Shown here: one piece after another, positions 39,251 to 47,917 of the stretch
How the letters are laid out: every line of letters begins with the position of its first letter
How positions within the stretch are numbered: position 1 is the first letter of the stretch
NCBI GenBank assembly: GCA_963816145.1
Contig: CAWFJP010000014.1
Span: forward strand, 448,001-512,000
Direction: 5' to 3'
Origin: an uncultured delta proteobacterium
GTDB lineage: Bacteria; Desulfobacterota; Binatia; UBA9968
Length of the DNA stretch: 64,000 nt
Translations under genes and position numbers: made by a program
The notes under the pieces: generated by a model
The model's database searches: none
What the model saw: only the letters and a program-made list of their open reading frames with translations
Told to the model about the DNA's origin: nothing

Positions 39251-39382
39251 GAGTTGGATAGCGAAATATCAGGATTCGTGCCGATCAGTGCCGTGGCGCG
39301 AGGTGCTTAAATTGTACGGCCTGGTCCTGACTCCCTTTAGCCGGCTCCAAGCGAAGAAAAGACAGGTCAATCGAGGCATGAC

Positions 39383-40369
39383 ATGAAAGCAGTCTGGTAC
39401 GACAAACAGGGCCCGGCACGCGAAGTCTTAAACTACGGTGACATGCCCACGCCGGAAGCTGGCCCCGGTGAAGTTCGCATCAAGCTTGAAGCATCCGGCG
39501 TCAATCCGTCCGACACCTATCGCCGCGCGGGAACCGCGGACCCGATGGAATATCCACGCGTGATCGTTAATAGCGATGGCGCAGGCATCGTGGACCAGAT
39601 CGGATCAGGCGCCACGCGTTTCAAGGTCGGTGACCGCGTTTGGCTGTACAACGGCCAGCGTAACGGACGCGCCTTTGGCACTGCGGCTGAATATATCGCG
39701 CTCGATGAGGCCCTCGTTACGCCACTGCCGGACAACGTGTCGTTCGCGGAAGGCGCAACGCTCGGTGTGCCCGGCATGACCGCGTGGGTCTGCTTATTTC
39801 ATGCTGGTCCCATCGACGGACGAACGGTGCTGGTCACCGGCGGTGCAGGTGCGGTAGGTCAATATGCCATTCAGCTGGCGAAATGGGGCGGTGCGCGCGT
39901 CATCACCACTGTGAGTTCGTCGCAAAAGGCGCAGATCGCCAACGCGGCCGGCGCGGACCTCGTGATCGATTACAAGCAGGAGGATGTCGTTGAATGCGTG
40001 CGCAATTTTAGTCCCAAGGGCGTGGACCGTATCGTCGAAGTAGACTTCGGCGGCAACATCGCCACCACGGAAAAAATCCTGGCGCGATTCGCCATCGTCG
40101 CCGTCTACGCCACCAAGGGTAATCTGAAGCCCCAGGTGACCGTCCGCACGCTGACCAGTAAGAACGCCACGATCTACTGCATGCAGCTTCCGCTAACACC
40201 GATTCCGCTGCAGCGAAAGGCGCAGGCCGGAATGGCGGAGTGGCTCGTTGGCGGGCGTAGAATTCATATGATCGCAGCGCAGTTTCCGCTGAAGGAAACC
40301 GTCGAAGCCCACCTTGCAGTCGAAGCTGGCACCAAGTTGGGGACCGTTACCGTCGATTGCGCGCGCTGA
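39383..40369 (+). CDS. NADPH:quinone reductase (zeta-crystallin/MDR family)
   Basis: GVNPSD, DGAG, TGGAGAVG. Confidence 0.92.
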   Translation: MKAVWYDKQGPAREVLNYGDMPTPEAGPGEVRIKLEASGVNPSDTYRRAGTADPMEYPRVIVNSDGAGIVDQIGSGATRFKVGDRVWLYNGQRNGRAFGTAAEYIALDEALVTPLPDNVSFAEGATLGVPGMTAWVCLFHAGPIDGRTVLVTGGAGAVGQYAIQLAKWGGARVITTVSSSQKAQIANAAGADLVIDYKQEDVVECVRNFSPKGVDRIVEVDFGGNIATTEKILARFAIVAVYATKGNLKPQVTVRTLTSKNATIYCMQLPLTPIPLQRKAQAGMAEWLVGGRRIHMIAAQFPLKETVEAHLAVEAGTKLGTVTVDCAR

Positions 40370-40484
40370 GGGGACTTTGCCAAGTGGGGCGCCAGCGTAG
40401 CGGATAGATAGTAATCACTGTTCTGCCCGCCCCGCGCTATTTGACCCCATCTATGACTCTGACTTTAGCGATCGGAGATGCAAG

Positions 40485-41321
40485 ATGCCTGTGTACATGG
40501 ATCGACATTACGTCGAAGGAGCAACTCGACACGCCCTCGCCGACGCGCACCAGCGGGATATGGCGCTGCAAGAGAAGTATCACGTCAAGTTTCTGACCTA
40601 TTGGTTTGATGAGAAGCGCTCTACCGCGTTTTGTCTCGTGGAGGCGCCGAATCGAGAAACTATTGAACGAGCGCATATCGAAGCTCACGGCTTAGTCCCC
40701 AATGAGGTCCTTGAGGTCGATCCCAAGGTGGTGGACGCCTTCCTGGGCAGAATCGAGGATCCTCCGGCCGTGGCCACGACAGCAGCAGAGACAGGTGAGA
40801 TTCCCATTGATCCGGGTTTCCGCGCCATTATGTTTACGGATTTGAAAGATTCGACACGGATGACGACCCTGTATGGAGACGCCAAAGCCCTGCATCTGCT
40901 GCATATTCACAACGCCCTAACACGCACTGAGCTTCAGCGGTATCGGGGTCGAGAGGTCAAACACATGGGCGACGGGATTATGGCTTCCTTTGCCTCCGTG
41001 CCGGATGCGGTCGAGTGTGCCATTGCCATCCAGAAGGCGTTCGCTGCGTACAACGAAGAAAACCCGCAAACGCCGCTGTATTTACGCATTGGTTTGAGTG
41101 CGGGCGAACCGATCGAGGAACATGGCGACCTGTTTGGCAAGGCGGTCCAACTGGCGGCTCGCCTTTGTGCGCACGCTGAACCTGCTGGGATTCTAGTTTC
41201 TCAGTTAGTGCTGGACCAATGCCAAGGCAGAGAATTGGCTTTTTCAGACGTTACCGAAATCACACTCAAAGGTTTTGATCGCGCCATTCCAGTGTGCGAA
41301 GTGAAATGGATGAAGGCGTAA
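40485..41321 (+). CDS. DUF4242 (SCO4226-like nickel-binding) domain fused to a class III nucleotidyl cyclase
   Basis: MP.YMDRH, AHQRD, FCLVEAP, H..AHG; FTDL..ST, VKHMGDG, GDLFG.AV.LAARL. Confidence 0.88.
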   Translation: MPVYMDRHYVEGATRHALADAHQRDMALQEKYHVKFLTYWFDEKRSTAFCLVEAPNRETIERAHIEAHGLVPNEVLEVDPKVVDAFLGRIEDPPAVATTAAETGEIPIDPGFRAIMFTDLKDSTRMTTLYGDAKALHLLHIHNALTRTELQRYRGREVKHMGDGIMASFASVPDAVECAIAIQKAFAAYNEENPQTPLYLRIGLSAGEPIEEHGDLFGKAVQLAARLCAHAEPAGILVSQLVLDQCQGRELAFSDVTEITLKGFDRAIPVCEVKWMKA

Positions 41322-41389
41322 AGTCCGCAGGAGAAAATATGATGACTGATGTGAATACACGCCAACCAGTCAGTTTAATCGGAGGGTTT

Positions 41390-41803
41390 ATGCGCTTTTT
41401 TGCCGTATTCGTAGCCCTGTCGCTGACCGCGTGTGCCACCTCGCCGATCGCTGTTAATCAGGCATCCGCAGTGCCGTCCTCGCGCATTTTAGCGCCGCAG
41501 TTTTTAGCGCAAGCACAGTACACGGGAAGCCTTATCATCAAGCGTGACGGTGGTTTCATGGGTTCGGCTTGTGACGTTCGGGTTTTTGTCGGTGCCGTGC
41601 CGGTTGCCGATCTCGCGCCGTCGGAAAAGGTCGAGCTATTCGTTCCGCTTGGTGAGCATGTCGTGGCGGCGACTTCGACCAGTAGCTTCTGCGGTGGAGG
41701 TGTTTCTGAAGCGGCAGTTGTCATAAGTCCTGAGCGTCAAAAGATTTTGCGCATCGCCAGCGGTCAGAGCGGTGATATTCATCTTCAACCAAGCGCATTC
41801 TGA
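41390..41803 (+). CDS. Hypothetical lipoprotein
   Basis: GGAGG RBS; LTAC lipobox; RDGGFMGSAC. Confidence 0.75.
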   Translation: MRFFAVFVALSLTACATSPIAVNQASAVPSSRILAPQFLAQAQYTGSLIIKRDGGFMGSACDVRVFVGAVPVADLAPSEKVELFVPLGEHVVAATSTSSFCGGGVSEAAVVISPERQKILRIASGQSGDIHLQPSAF

Positions 41804-42023
41804 ATCTCGCGCCAAATGAAATATTAGCCGGGGCTATTCTCCAGAGTCACTGAATCGCCAACATCTATTACCGGCGACAGGAATGTGGTGACGATGGTGC
41901 GGGAGATTCAGTTGGGGTCATCGCGTAATCGAGTGGTTGCTGACTTTCTGGCAAATTACTCTCCCATGGCCGGTTCCTCTCGGGGATGTTAGAAATCCCT
42001 CGCCTTCAGGCGGAGAGAAGATT

Positions 42024-42132
42024 TGTCATGCCGGCGAAGGCCGGCATCCATCTTCGGTTTTGTTGCAGGGCAAAGAAAACCTGGATTCCGGCCCCGGATC
42101 GAGTCCGGGGCAGGCTCTGCGCCGGGATGACG
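42024..42132. repeat. gtcatgccgg-family inverted pair with a nested hairpin
   Basis: tgtcatgccggcgaaggccggcatcca ... ctggattccgg[ccccggatcgagtccggggcaggc]tctgcgccgggatgacg. Confidence 0.85.
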
Positions 42133-42403
42133 AAGGGAAGAGTCGACTTCGAGTCGACGATTTCAGAATCCCTCGGCTTATAACCGAGGATTGTTTAATT
42201 AGTTTCGTGATTGCGGCCATTATCAACTCCATCCGAATTGAGCTTGACTCCCTAAAGGACTGTGCGAAAGATAAGTGTGTCATTTCAATCAGCGATGATA
42301 TGCATGATATGGACACTCGCTGAAAGAGGTCGACGTTACTGGTTACAACAGACATAGTGCCACGTTCGCAAACGCGCTCAATCAATAAAGGAGGAGGACT
42401 CCC

Positions 42404-42850
42404 ATGCCTAACCCATTCGTCGTCACGCCCGAAAACGCACCGCACCCATTAACATTAGTGGGCGAAAAAATCACGGTACTTGCTTCCGGGGCGCAAACCG
42501 GCAGCTATGAAATATTCCTGCAAAAAGGACCCGAAAACAGCGGTCCACCGCCGCATAATCATCCTTGGGACGAATCTTTTTATGTCATCAAGGGCGAGAT
42601 TGCGTTCGGCATGGACGGGAGCGAAACGACCGCCTTGCCAGGCACGCTCGTGCATTTGCCTGCAGGGACGACGCACTGGTTCCGCTTCGGCAAAGGCGGC
42701 GGCGAAATGATCTCGATGACTTCGCGCGAAGCGGCCTCGCGCATGTTCACCGAAATCGATCGCGAGATTTCGCCGGATAATCCGGACCTTAGCAAACTTG
42801 CCGAAATCGGTCAGCGGCACGGGTTAGCTGTTGTTGCGCCGACCAAGTGA
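42404..42850 (+). CDS. Cupin domain protein
   Basis: GPPPHNH..DESFYV..G, LPAGTTH.F; RBS GGAGGAGG. Confidence 0.9.
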   Translation: MPNPFVVTPENAPHPLTLVGEKITVLASGAQTGSYEIFLQKGPENSGPPPHNHPWDESFYVIKGEIAFGMDGSETTALPGTLVHLPAGTTHWFRFGKGGGEMISMTSREAASRMFTEIDREISPDNPDLSKLAEIGQRHGLAVVAPTK

Positions 42851-42930
42851 TCGCAGGTGTCGCTCGAGCTGTTTCGCTTTGAGACGACGCAGTCTAGAAA
42901 GGTTGAAGAAATCTTGAGGGTAGGGTTGCC

Positions 42931-44475
42931 ATGCTAAAACTCCGAATCGTATCTTTCTCTGGGTTGCTTTCCCTAGTTCTGGCGGCTTGCCAATTAGTTA
43001 TCGGAACAATTTCGGTAATGGCTGCCGCGAAGATCGATCAGAAGGTGAGCGCAAATGTCGCCTTGCCCGGCGTGCAGGTAGAGACCCTGAACCCCTACGG
43101 ACACTCGACCACGCAGATTTATCCGACCTGGAAGCATGTGATCGAGCCGTTGATCGAGTGGAACTGGAGCAAAAAACGGATTGTACCGATTCTCGCCGAG
43201 TCGTGGAGCAATCCGGACCCGAACACATGGCTGTTCAAGCTCAAGAAGGGCGTCAAGTTTCACGACGGCAGCGAGTTCACCTCTGCCGATGTCGTGCATT
43301 CGTACACGCGCATTCAGAAGGACCCCGATAGCAAACAGGCGAGCTCCATCGCTCATGTGATCGCCATCGAGGCGGTGGACCCACTTACCGTCCGGTTGCG
43401 CACGAAGAGTCCGGACGCGGCATTACTGTTCCGACTGTCGCAGCGCTTTATCACCAATAAGGCCGCTTATGACCGCTTGGGCGCGGCGGCGGCCGACAAG
43501 CTGGCGCTCGGCACCGGGCCATACAAATTCAAGGAATGGGTGCGCGGCCAGTGGTTCGTCGTCGAGAAGAACCCTGGCTACAGCCATAGTGATCACAAGC
43601 CGACGGTCGACGAAATCGTTTTCCGCAACGTTCCAGAATCTGAAGTGGCGATCACCTCGCTCTTAAACAAGGAAGTGGACATCATCTCCAACGTTCCGCC
43701 GGAGAGCGCACCGCGCGTGACCGGCAGTGCGCGGATCGAGAGCGCGCGCACGATCAACATCATGTTCCTTGGCATGCACAACTCGGTGCCGCAGTTCGGT
43801 AACAAACTTGTCCGTCAGGCGGTCAACTACGCCATTGATCGAAACGCTCTCGCCAAGAATGTGCTTAAGGGCTACGCCTATCCGATGGACGCGCCGGTGG
43901 GCCCGGACCAGTATGGATACAGTCGCGAGATCCGTCCCAAGTATAGTCATGATCCTGAGAGGGCGAAGAAGTTGCTGGCCCAAGCCGGCTACCCCAACGG
44001 CTTTGAAGTCGATTTCCTGGTTCCCGTCGGGCAGTACAACAAGGTCAAGGATGTTGCTGAGGCGATCGGCGGTATGCTCAACCAGGTCGGCATCCGCGCC
44101 AAACTGCACACGCAGGATCAAGACAGCGGCTTTGCCGCCATCCAAAATGGCAAAGTCGGCATGTATATTTTCGGACGCGGCGCGGTGGTCGACCCGAGCG
44201 AATATCTGCATCAGTATTTTCGCACGGGAGTGACCAAGCGGCTGGAATTCTCCAACCCGGCGGTGGACGCCGCTCTTGAAGCGGAACAGGCAAGCTTCGA
44301 TCCGGCCCAGCGCGTGAAGCTTTTGCAGAAGGCGATGTCGGTGCTGATGGATGAAGCGCCGGTGGCTTGGCTTTACCAGTATCAGGGCCTGCAGGGAGTG
44401 AGTAACAAGTTCGACTTCAAGGCGAATCCCGGCGAGGACGTTTATGGCTGGGATCTCAAACCGCGATTACGTTAG
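42931..44475 (+). CDS. Peptide/nickel ABC substrate-binding protein (family 5)
   Basis: LAESW, KFHDGS.FT..DV, GTGPY, VRQAVNYAID, AKKLLAQAGY. Confidence 0.93.
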   Translation: MLKLRIVSFSGLLSLVLAACQLVIGTISVMAAAKIDQKVSANVALPGVQVETLNPYGHSTTQIYPTWKHVIEPLIEWNWSKKRIVPILAESWSNPDPNTWLFKLKKGVKFHDGSEFTSADVVHSYTRIQKDPDSKQASSIAHVIAIEAVDPLTVRLRTKSPDAALLFRLSQRFITNKAAYDRLGAAAADKLALGTGPYKFKEWVRGQWFVVEKNPGYSHSDHKPTVDEIVFRNVPESEVAITSLLNKEVDIISNVPPESAPRVTGSARIESARTINIMFLGMHNSVPQFGNKLVRQAVNYAIDRNALAKNVLKGYAYPMDAPVGPDQYGYSREIRPKYSHDPERAKKLLAQAGYPNGFEVDFLVPVGQYNKVKDVAEAIGGMLNQVGIRAKLHTQDQDSGFAAIQNGKVGMYIFGRGAVVDPSEYLHQYFRTGVTKRLEFSNPAVDAALEAEQASFDPAQRVKLLQKAMSVLMDEAPVAWLYQYQGLQGVSNKFDFKANPGEDVYGWDLKPRLR

Positions 44476-44566
44476 CGCAGAACGGAAAGCGCCGAGTTGC
44501 TCTGACAAAAGTTTTCGAAAGGCCGCCGGCTCTTTGTGGTTTAAGAAATCTTCGACATCCCGAATC

Positions 44567-45025
44567 TCAGCTTTTGAGCGCAAGGACGAGCGTGTATAAA
44601 CTCATGCCAATAACGATCAGCGAACCGATTGTAAAGAATACCGCTCTAAGATCATGGATCTTCGCCGTACCCAAGGCGTAGGCGTGCAGGAGTCGGGAAA
44701 CGACATAGCCGTACATCAAAATTTGCGCAGCCCAAAGCGCCGGCTCGGTCAGCGTAAACAAAAAACCGGCGACCAGAAAGATCGGAATGTTTTCCATATC
44801 GTTACGCTGCATGCTGCGTGAGCGCTCGACGACGGGGTTGGGTTTCAGTTGGTCTGGATTGGGATTGGGGTTCAGGGGTGTTTTCTTGATGTCTTCGGGA
44901 TGCAAGAAGCCGCCGTCAACCTTGATCATGCGATAGACGGTTAGCCACGCTTGCAGCATCATCTTCAGGCACATCAACGACGCCGCGATCAGGTAAGTTT
45001 GCCAAACCGGATCTTTGAGATTCAT
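44567..45025 (-). CDS. MAPEG family membrane protein
   Basis: PED, VER..S.QRNDMENI, R.LH; four hydrophobic segments; AAGGA RBS. Confidence 0.88.
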   Translation of the reverse strand: MNLKDPVWQTYLIAASLMCLKMMLQAWLTVYRMIKVDGGFLHPEDIKKTPLNPNPNPDQLKPNPVVERSRSMQRNDMENIPIFLVAGFLFTLTEPALWAAQILMYGYVVSRLLHAYALGTAKIHDLRAVFFTIGSLIVIGMSLYTLVLALKS

Positions 45026-45111
45026 CGAAGTCCTTGTTCCAAGTCGGCGGTTAGGCGCAAACCGACATATTTTACAATTGGCTACAACAAAACGTCCGTG
45101 AGTCAGGTTTT

Positions 45112-46173
45112 CTACGCCGCTTCTTCTCTGAACAAACCCAAGCTTTCCAGCACCGGTCGGTCGGTCACCGAGAAGACGATCGCCGGCTCCTTTGCTGATT
45201 TGTTGTCGAACGAGTGCCAGTTCCAGGACGGCACGAAGAAGCAATCGTGGGCGCCCCAGGTGAGCTGCTTGCCGTCACCTTTTTTCTGACCGACGGTGGT
45301 GACGCCGCTGCCCTGGACGACGTGGTAGATGGTGCTGCTGGTGTGGCGGTGAGGTTTAGTCGATTCGCCCGGCGGAATCATTTGCACCCAGCAGCCGATG
45401 GTCGGCATGGTTGGGCCGCCGGTGATCGGGTGGGAGTACTCTAACAGCACGCCGTCATGGGTATCGCGATGGCCGGACGCGCAGATTTCCTTCAACGCTC
45501 GCTCGGCGTCGCGCCATTTGTAGTTATAGGGCAGTGCGGCGTGGCTGGAGTTGGTCATGCGCGGCCGAATCGCACCATATTGCTGTTTGCCGTAGCCGTC
45601 GGGCCTGACGATGGGCTGGGCCGGTCCTTCGGCAAAGTTTTCGTGAAAGGTCGCGTCGAGATGATTGGTCAGGTGCGCATCGAGGACGTCGAGCCAGACC
45701 AAGTTTTTCTTGCCCGCATTGAAATGATCATGCCAGGTCCAGTTGGGCGTGAGCACGAGATCGCCGGGTTCCATGAGCATCTGCTCGCCTTCGACGTTGG
45801 TGTAGCCGGTGCCGTCGGCTTCGACGACGAAGCGCAGCGCCGCTGCAGTGTGGCGGTGACACTCGGCGCGCTCGCCGGGTTTCACTAGCTGAATCGACAT
45901 TTGTAGCGTGCGTGTGGTAGCTTTCTTATTGGTCAGCGCCGGGTTGACGAGTTGTACGGTCCGCCTTTTGGCGGCGTCGTCGATGCCGCCAAGTTTGATC
46001 ACTTCGCCGGACTCCATCAGACAAGAATAGATTACCGACCAGGGCCACAAGTGGGGCACCAACTCGGTATTCTTCTCGCGCGGCTGCCAGTGCCCCCCCA
46101 GGGAATGCTCCGCCAAGCGATTATGTAGTGAGATGACTTCCGGTGTTTCCGGGACGGCATGTGCGTCGGCCAT
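45112..46173 (-). CDS. Gentisate 1,2-dioxygenase-like bicupin
   Basis: HRHTAAALRF, PNWTWHDH, WLDVLD, second HRHTSS, PSW.WH. Confidence 0.9.
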   Translation of the reverse strand: MADAHAVPETPEVISLHNRLAEHSLGGHWQPREKNTELVPHLWPWSVIYSCLMESGEVIKLGGIDDAAKRRTVQLVNPALTNKKATTRTLQMSIQLVKPGERAECHRHTAAALRFVVEADGTGYTNVEGEQMLMEPGDLVLTPNWTWHDHFNAGKKNLVWLDVLDAHLTNHLDATFHENFAEGPAQPIVRPDGYGKQQYGAIRPRMTNSSHAALPYNYKWRDAERALKEICASGHRDTHDGVLLEYSHPITGGPTMPTIGCWVQMIPPGESTKPHRHTSSTIYHVVQGSGVTTVGQKKGDGKQLTWGAHDCFFVPSWNWHSFDNKSAKEPAIVFSVTDRPVLESLGLFREEAA

Positions 46174-46202
46174 GATTTTCTCCTCTTGCGCTTTTGACTG
46201 CC

Positions 46203-46232
46203 AATCTATCGTTAGATTGAGCGAGGTGTCAA
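46203..46232 (-). promoter_or_regulatory. Putative sigma70 promoter of the cupin gene
   Basis: TTGACA-N18-TAGATT on the minus strand. Confidence 0.5.
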
Positions 46233-46271
46233 CGCGCGATTGCGGGAGAATGGCGATACGTAGGAGTCTTT

Positions 46272-46751
46272 CCCGCAAAGCCGCAAAGAACGCCAAGTTC
46301 GGGAACTAAATGACCCTCGGCTTCAAGCCACGGGGCTCCGAATTCATCGACTGGAACTCGACTCTTCATTTCATCATTCCGGCGCAAGCCGGAATCCGGT
46401 CTTTAGTCAACAAACCGAAATTGAACCTGGATGCCGGCTTTCGCCGGCATGACAAATCTTCTCTCCGGCTCAAGGCGAGGGATTTCAATCATCCCCGAAA
46501 CGAACATTCAGGCTTTTTCTTGGCGTTCATTGCGCCCCTTCGATTGGACTCAGGGCATGCTTTGCGGGAGGAATATCTGTCCGAGGTCCTTGAGTCCGAG
46601 ATCTGTAGTGGTTCTGTTAGATCGAGATCTCTCACTTCGTTCGAGATGACAAATCGACTATTCTGCTGTCATTTCGAGCGAAGCGAGAAATCTTTCTCAG
46701 GATGAAGACGTGTGCCCGACTCAAACTGAATCACTACCCTATCACTACCCT
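46272..46751. repeat. Composite nested palindrome cluster
   Basis: Outer cccgcaaagccgcaaagaacgccaag ... cttggcgttc...ctttgcggga; inner tcattccggcgcaagccggaatcc ... ctggatgccggctttcgccggcatgac; then agatctctcacttcgttcgagatgaca / tgtcatttcgagcgaagcgagaaatct; 11-bp tandem atcactaccct x2. Confidence 0.85.
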
Positions 46752-46764
46752 GAGATTAGTTGGT

Positions 46765-46793
46765 TTGACACCTGATGGGCCATCGGTTACGGT
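46765..46793 (+). promoter_or_regulatory. Putative sigma70 promoter of the AAA+/VWA pair
   Basis: TTGACA-N17-TACGGT, about 35 bp before ATG46829. Confidence 0.5.
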
Positions 46794-46828
46794 TTTTTGA
46801 TATCAATTTTTGAGAGTGAAATTAGCGA

Positions 46829-47722
46829 ATGTCCACTGAGCCATCAGCCTCGCAGTACCGGATTGAAGAGTATGTTGTCAGGGAGGAGCCATTTTACGTG
46901 GCCAGCTCCGATGAAGTGCAAATCTTCGAAGCGGCTTACCGCCAGCGCGTGCCGGTTTTATTGAAAGGCCCCACCGGCACCGGCAAGACCCGTTTCGTCG
47001 AGTACATGGCGTGGAAGCTGGGCCAGCCGCTCTCCATCGTCAAAGACGCCGCCAAAAGCGTTAAGAATGGCAACGCTGCCAACGGCGCAGTTCCGCTGGT
47101 CACGGTGGCTTGTCATGAAGATTTGACCGCCAGCGATCTGGTCGGGCGCTATCTGCTCGATGCCGCGGGCACGCGCTGGATCGACGGACCGTTGACGCGG
47201 GCGGTGCGGGTCGGCGGAATCTGCTATCTCGACGAAGTGGTCGAGGCGCGCAAAGACACCACGGTGATCATTCATCCGCTTACCGATCATCGGCGCCTGT
47301 TGACCATCGATAAGCTCGGCGAAGTCATCGAAGCGGCCGACAGTTTCTTGCTGGTGGTGTCGTACAACCCGGGCTATCAGAATGTGCTCAAGGATCTCAA
47401 GCATAGCACGCGCCAGCGATTCGTCGCTTTGGACTTTCAGTTCCCGGATACCGAGCGCGAGGCGAGAATCATCGAGCATGAATCCGGCGTCGACGAGCAG
47501 AACGCGCTGCAGCTGGCCAAGCTCGGCCACAAGGTGCGCAACTTGCGCGAACATGGTTTGAAAGAGGGCGCGAGCACGCGCGTGCTGATCTATGCCGGCC
47601 GCTTGATCAAGGAAGGCATCGCGCCGCGCCGCGCCTGCCAGGTGGCGGTCACCTGGGGCATCACCGACGACCCGCAAGTGCAACGGAGCCTGGAGGAAGT
47701 CGTTACTGCAATCTTTCCGTAA
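46829..47722 (+). CDS. CbbQ/NirQ/NorQ-type MoxR AAA+ ATPase
   Basis: LKGPTGTGKTRFVEYMA, ACHEDLTASDLVGR, YLDEVVEARKD, SYNPGYQ..LKDLK.STRQRF. Confidence 0.95.
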   Translation: MSTEPSASQYRIEEYVVREEPFYVASSDEVQIFEAAYRQRVPVLLKGPTGTGKTRFVEYMAWKLGQPLSIVKDAAKSVKNGNAANGAVPLVTVACHEDLTASDLVGRYLLDAAGTRWIDGPLTRAVRVGGICYLDEVVEARKDTTVIIHPLTDHRRLLTIDKLGEVIEAADSFLLVVSYNPGYQNVLKDLKHSTRQRFVALDFQFPDTEREARIIEHESGVDEQNALQLAKLGHKVRNLREHGLKEGASTRVLIYAGRLIKEGIAPRRACQVAVTWGITDDPQVQRSLEEVVTAIFP

Positions 47723-47731
47723 GAAGAAGTG

Positions 47732-47908
47732 AACCACAAAGAGCACAAAGGTCACAAAAATAAGAACTGCGTTCCGCAGGTTATATTATTTTCAAAGATA
47801 CGAAAGTAAGTACGGTCGATCACGATACACACGAAGATTGCGAAGAATGAGTATCGGGGCGGGTTGAGAACCCGCCCGACTTTGTGAACTTTGTGCCCTT
47901 TGTGGTTA
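47732..47908. repeat. cacaaag-periodic inverted arms enclosing a REP-like hairpin
   Basis: aaccacaaagagcacaaaggtcacaaa ... ctttgtgaactttgtgccctttgtggtt; inner gggcgggtt-gag-aacccgccc. Confidence 0.8.
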
Positions 47909-47917
47909 AATCTCCCC

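Noticed and set aside
41937-42445. ORFs 41937..42323 and 42026..42445 (also 46310..46705, 31306..31579, 4412..5218)
   Set aside because: They translate palindromic repeats (for example PAKAGIH, LDAGFRRHD) or are antisense to real genes
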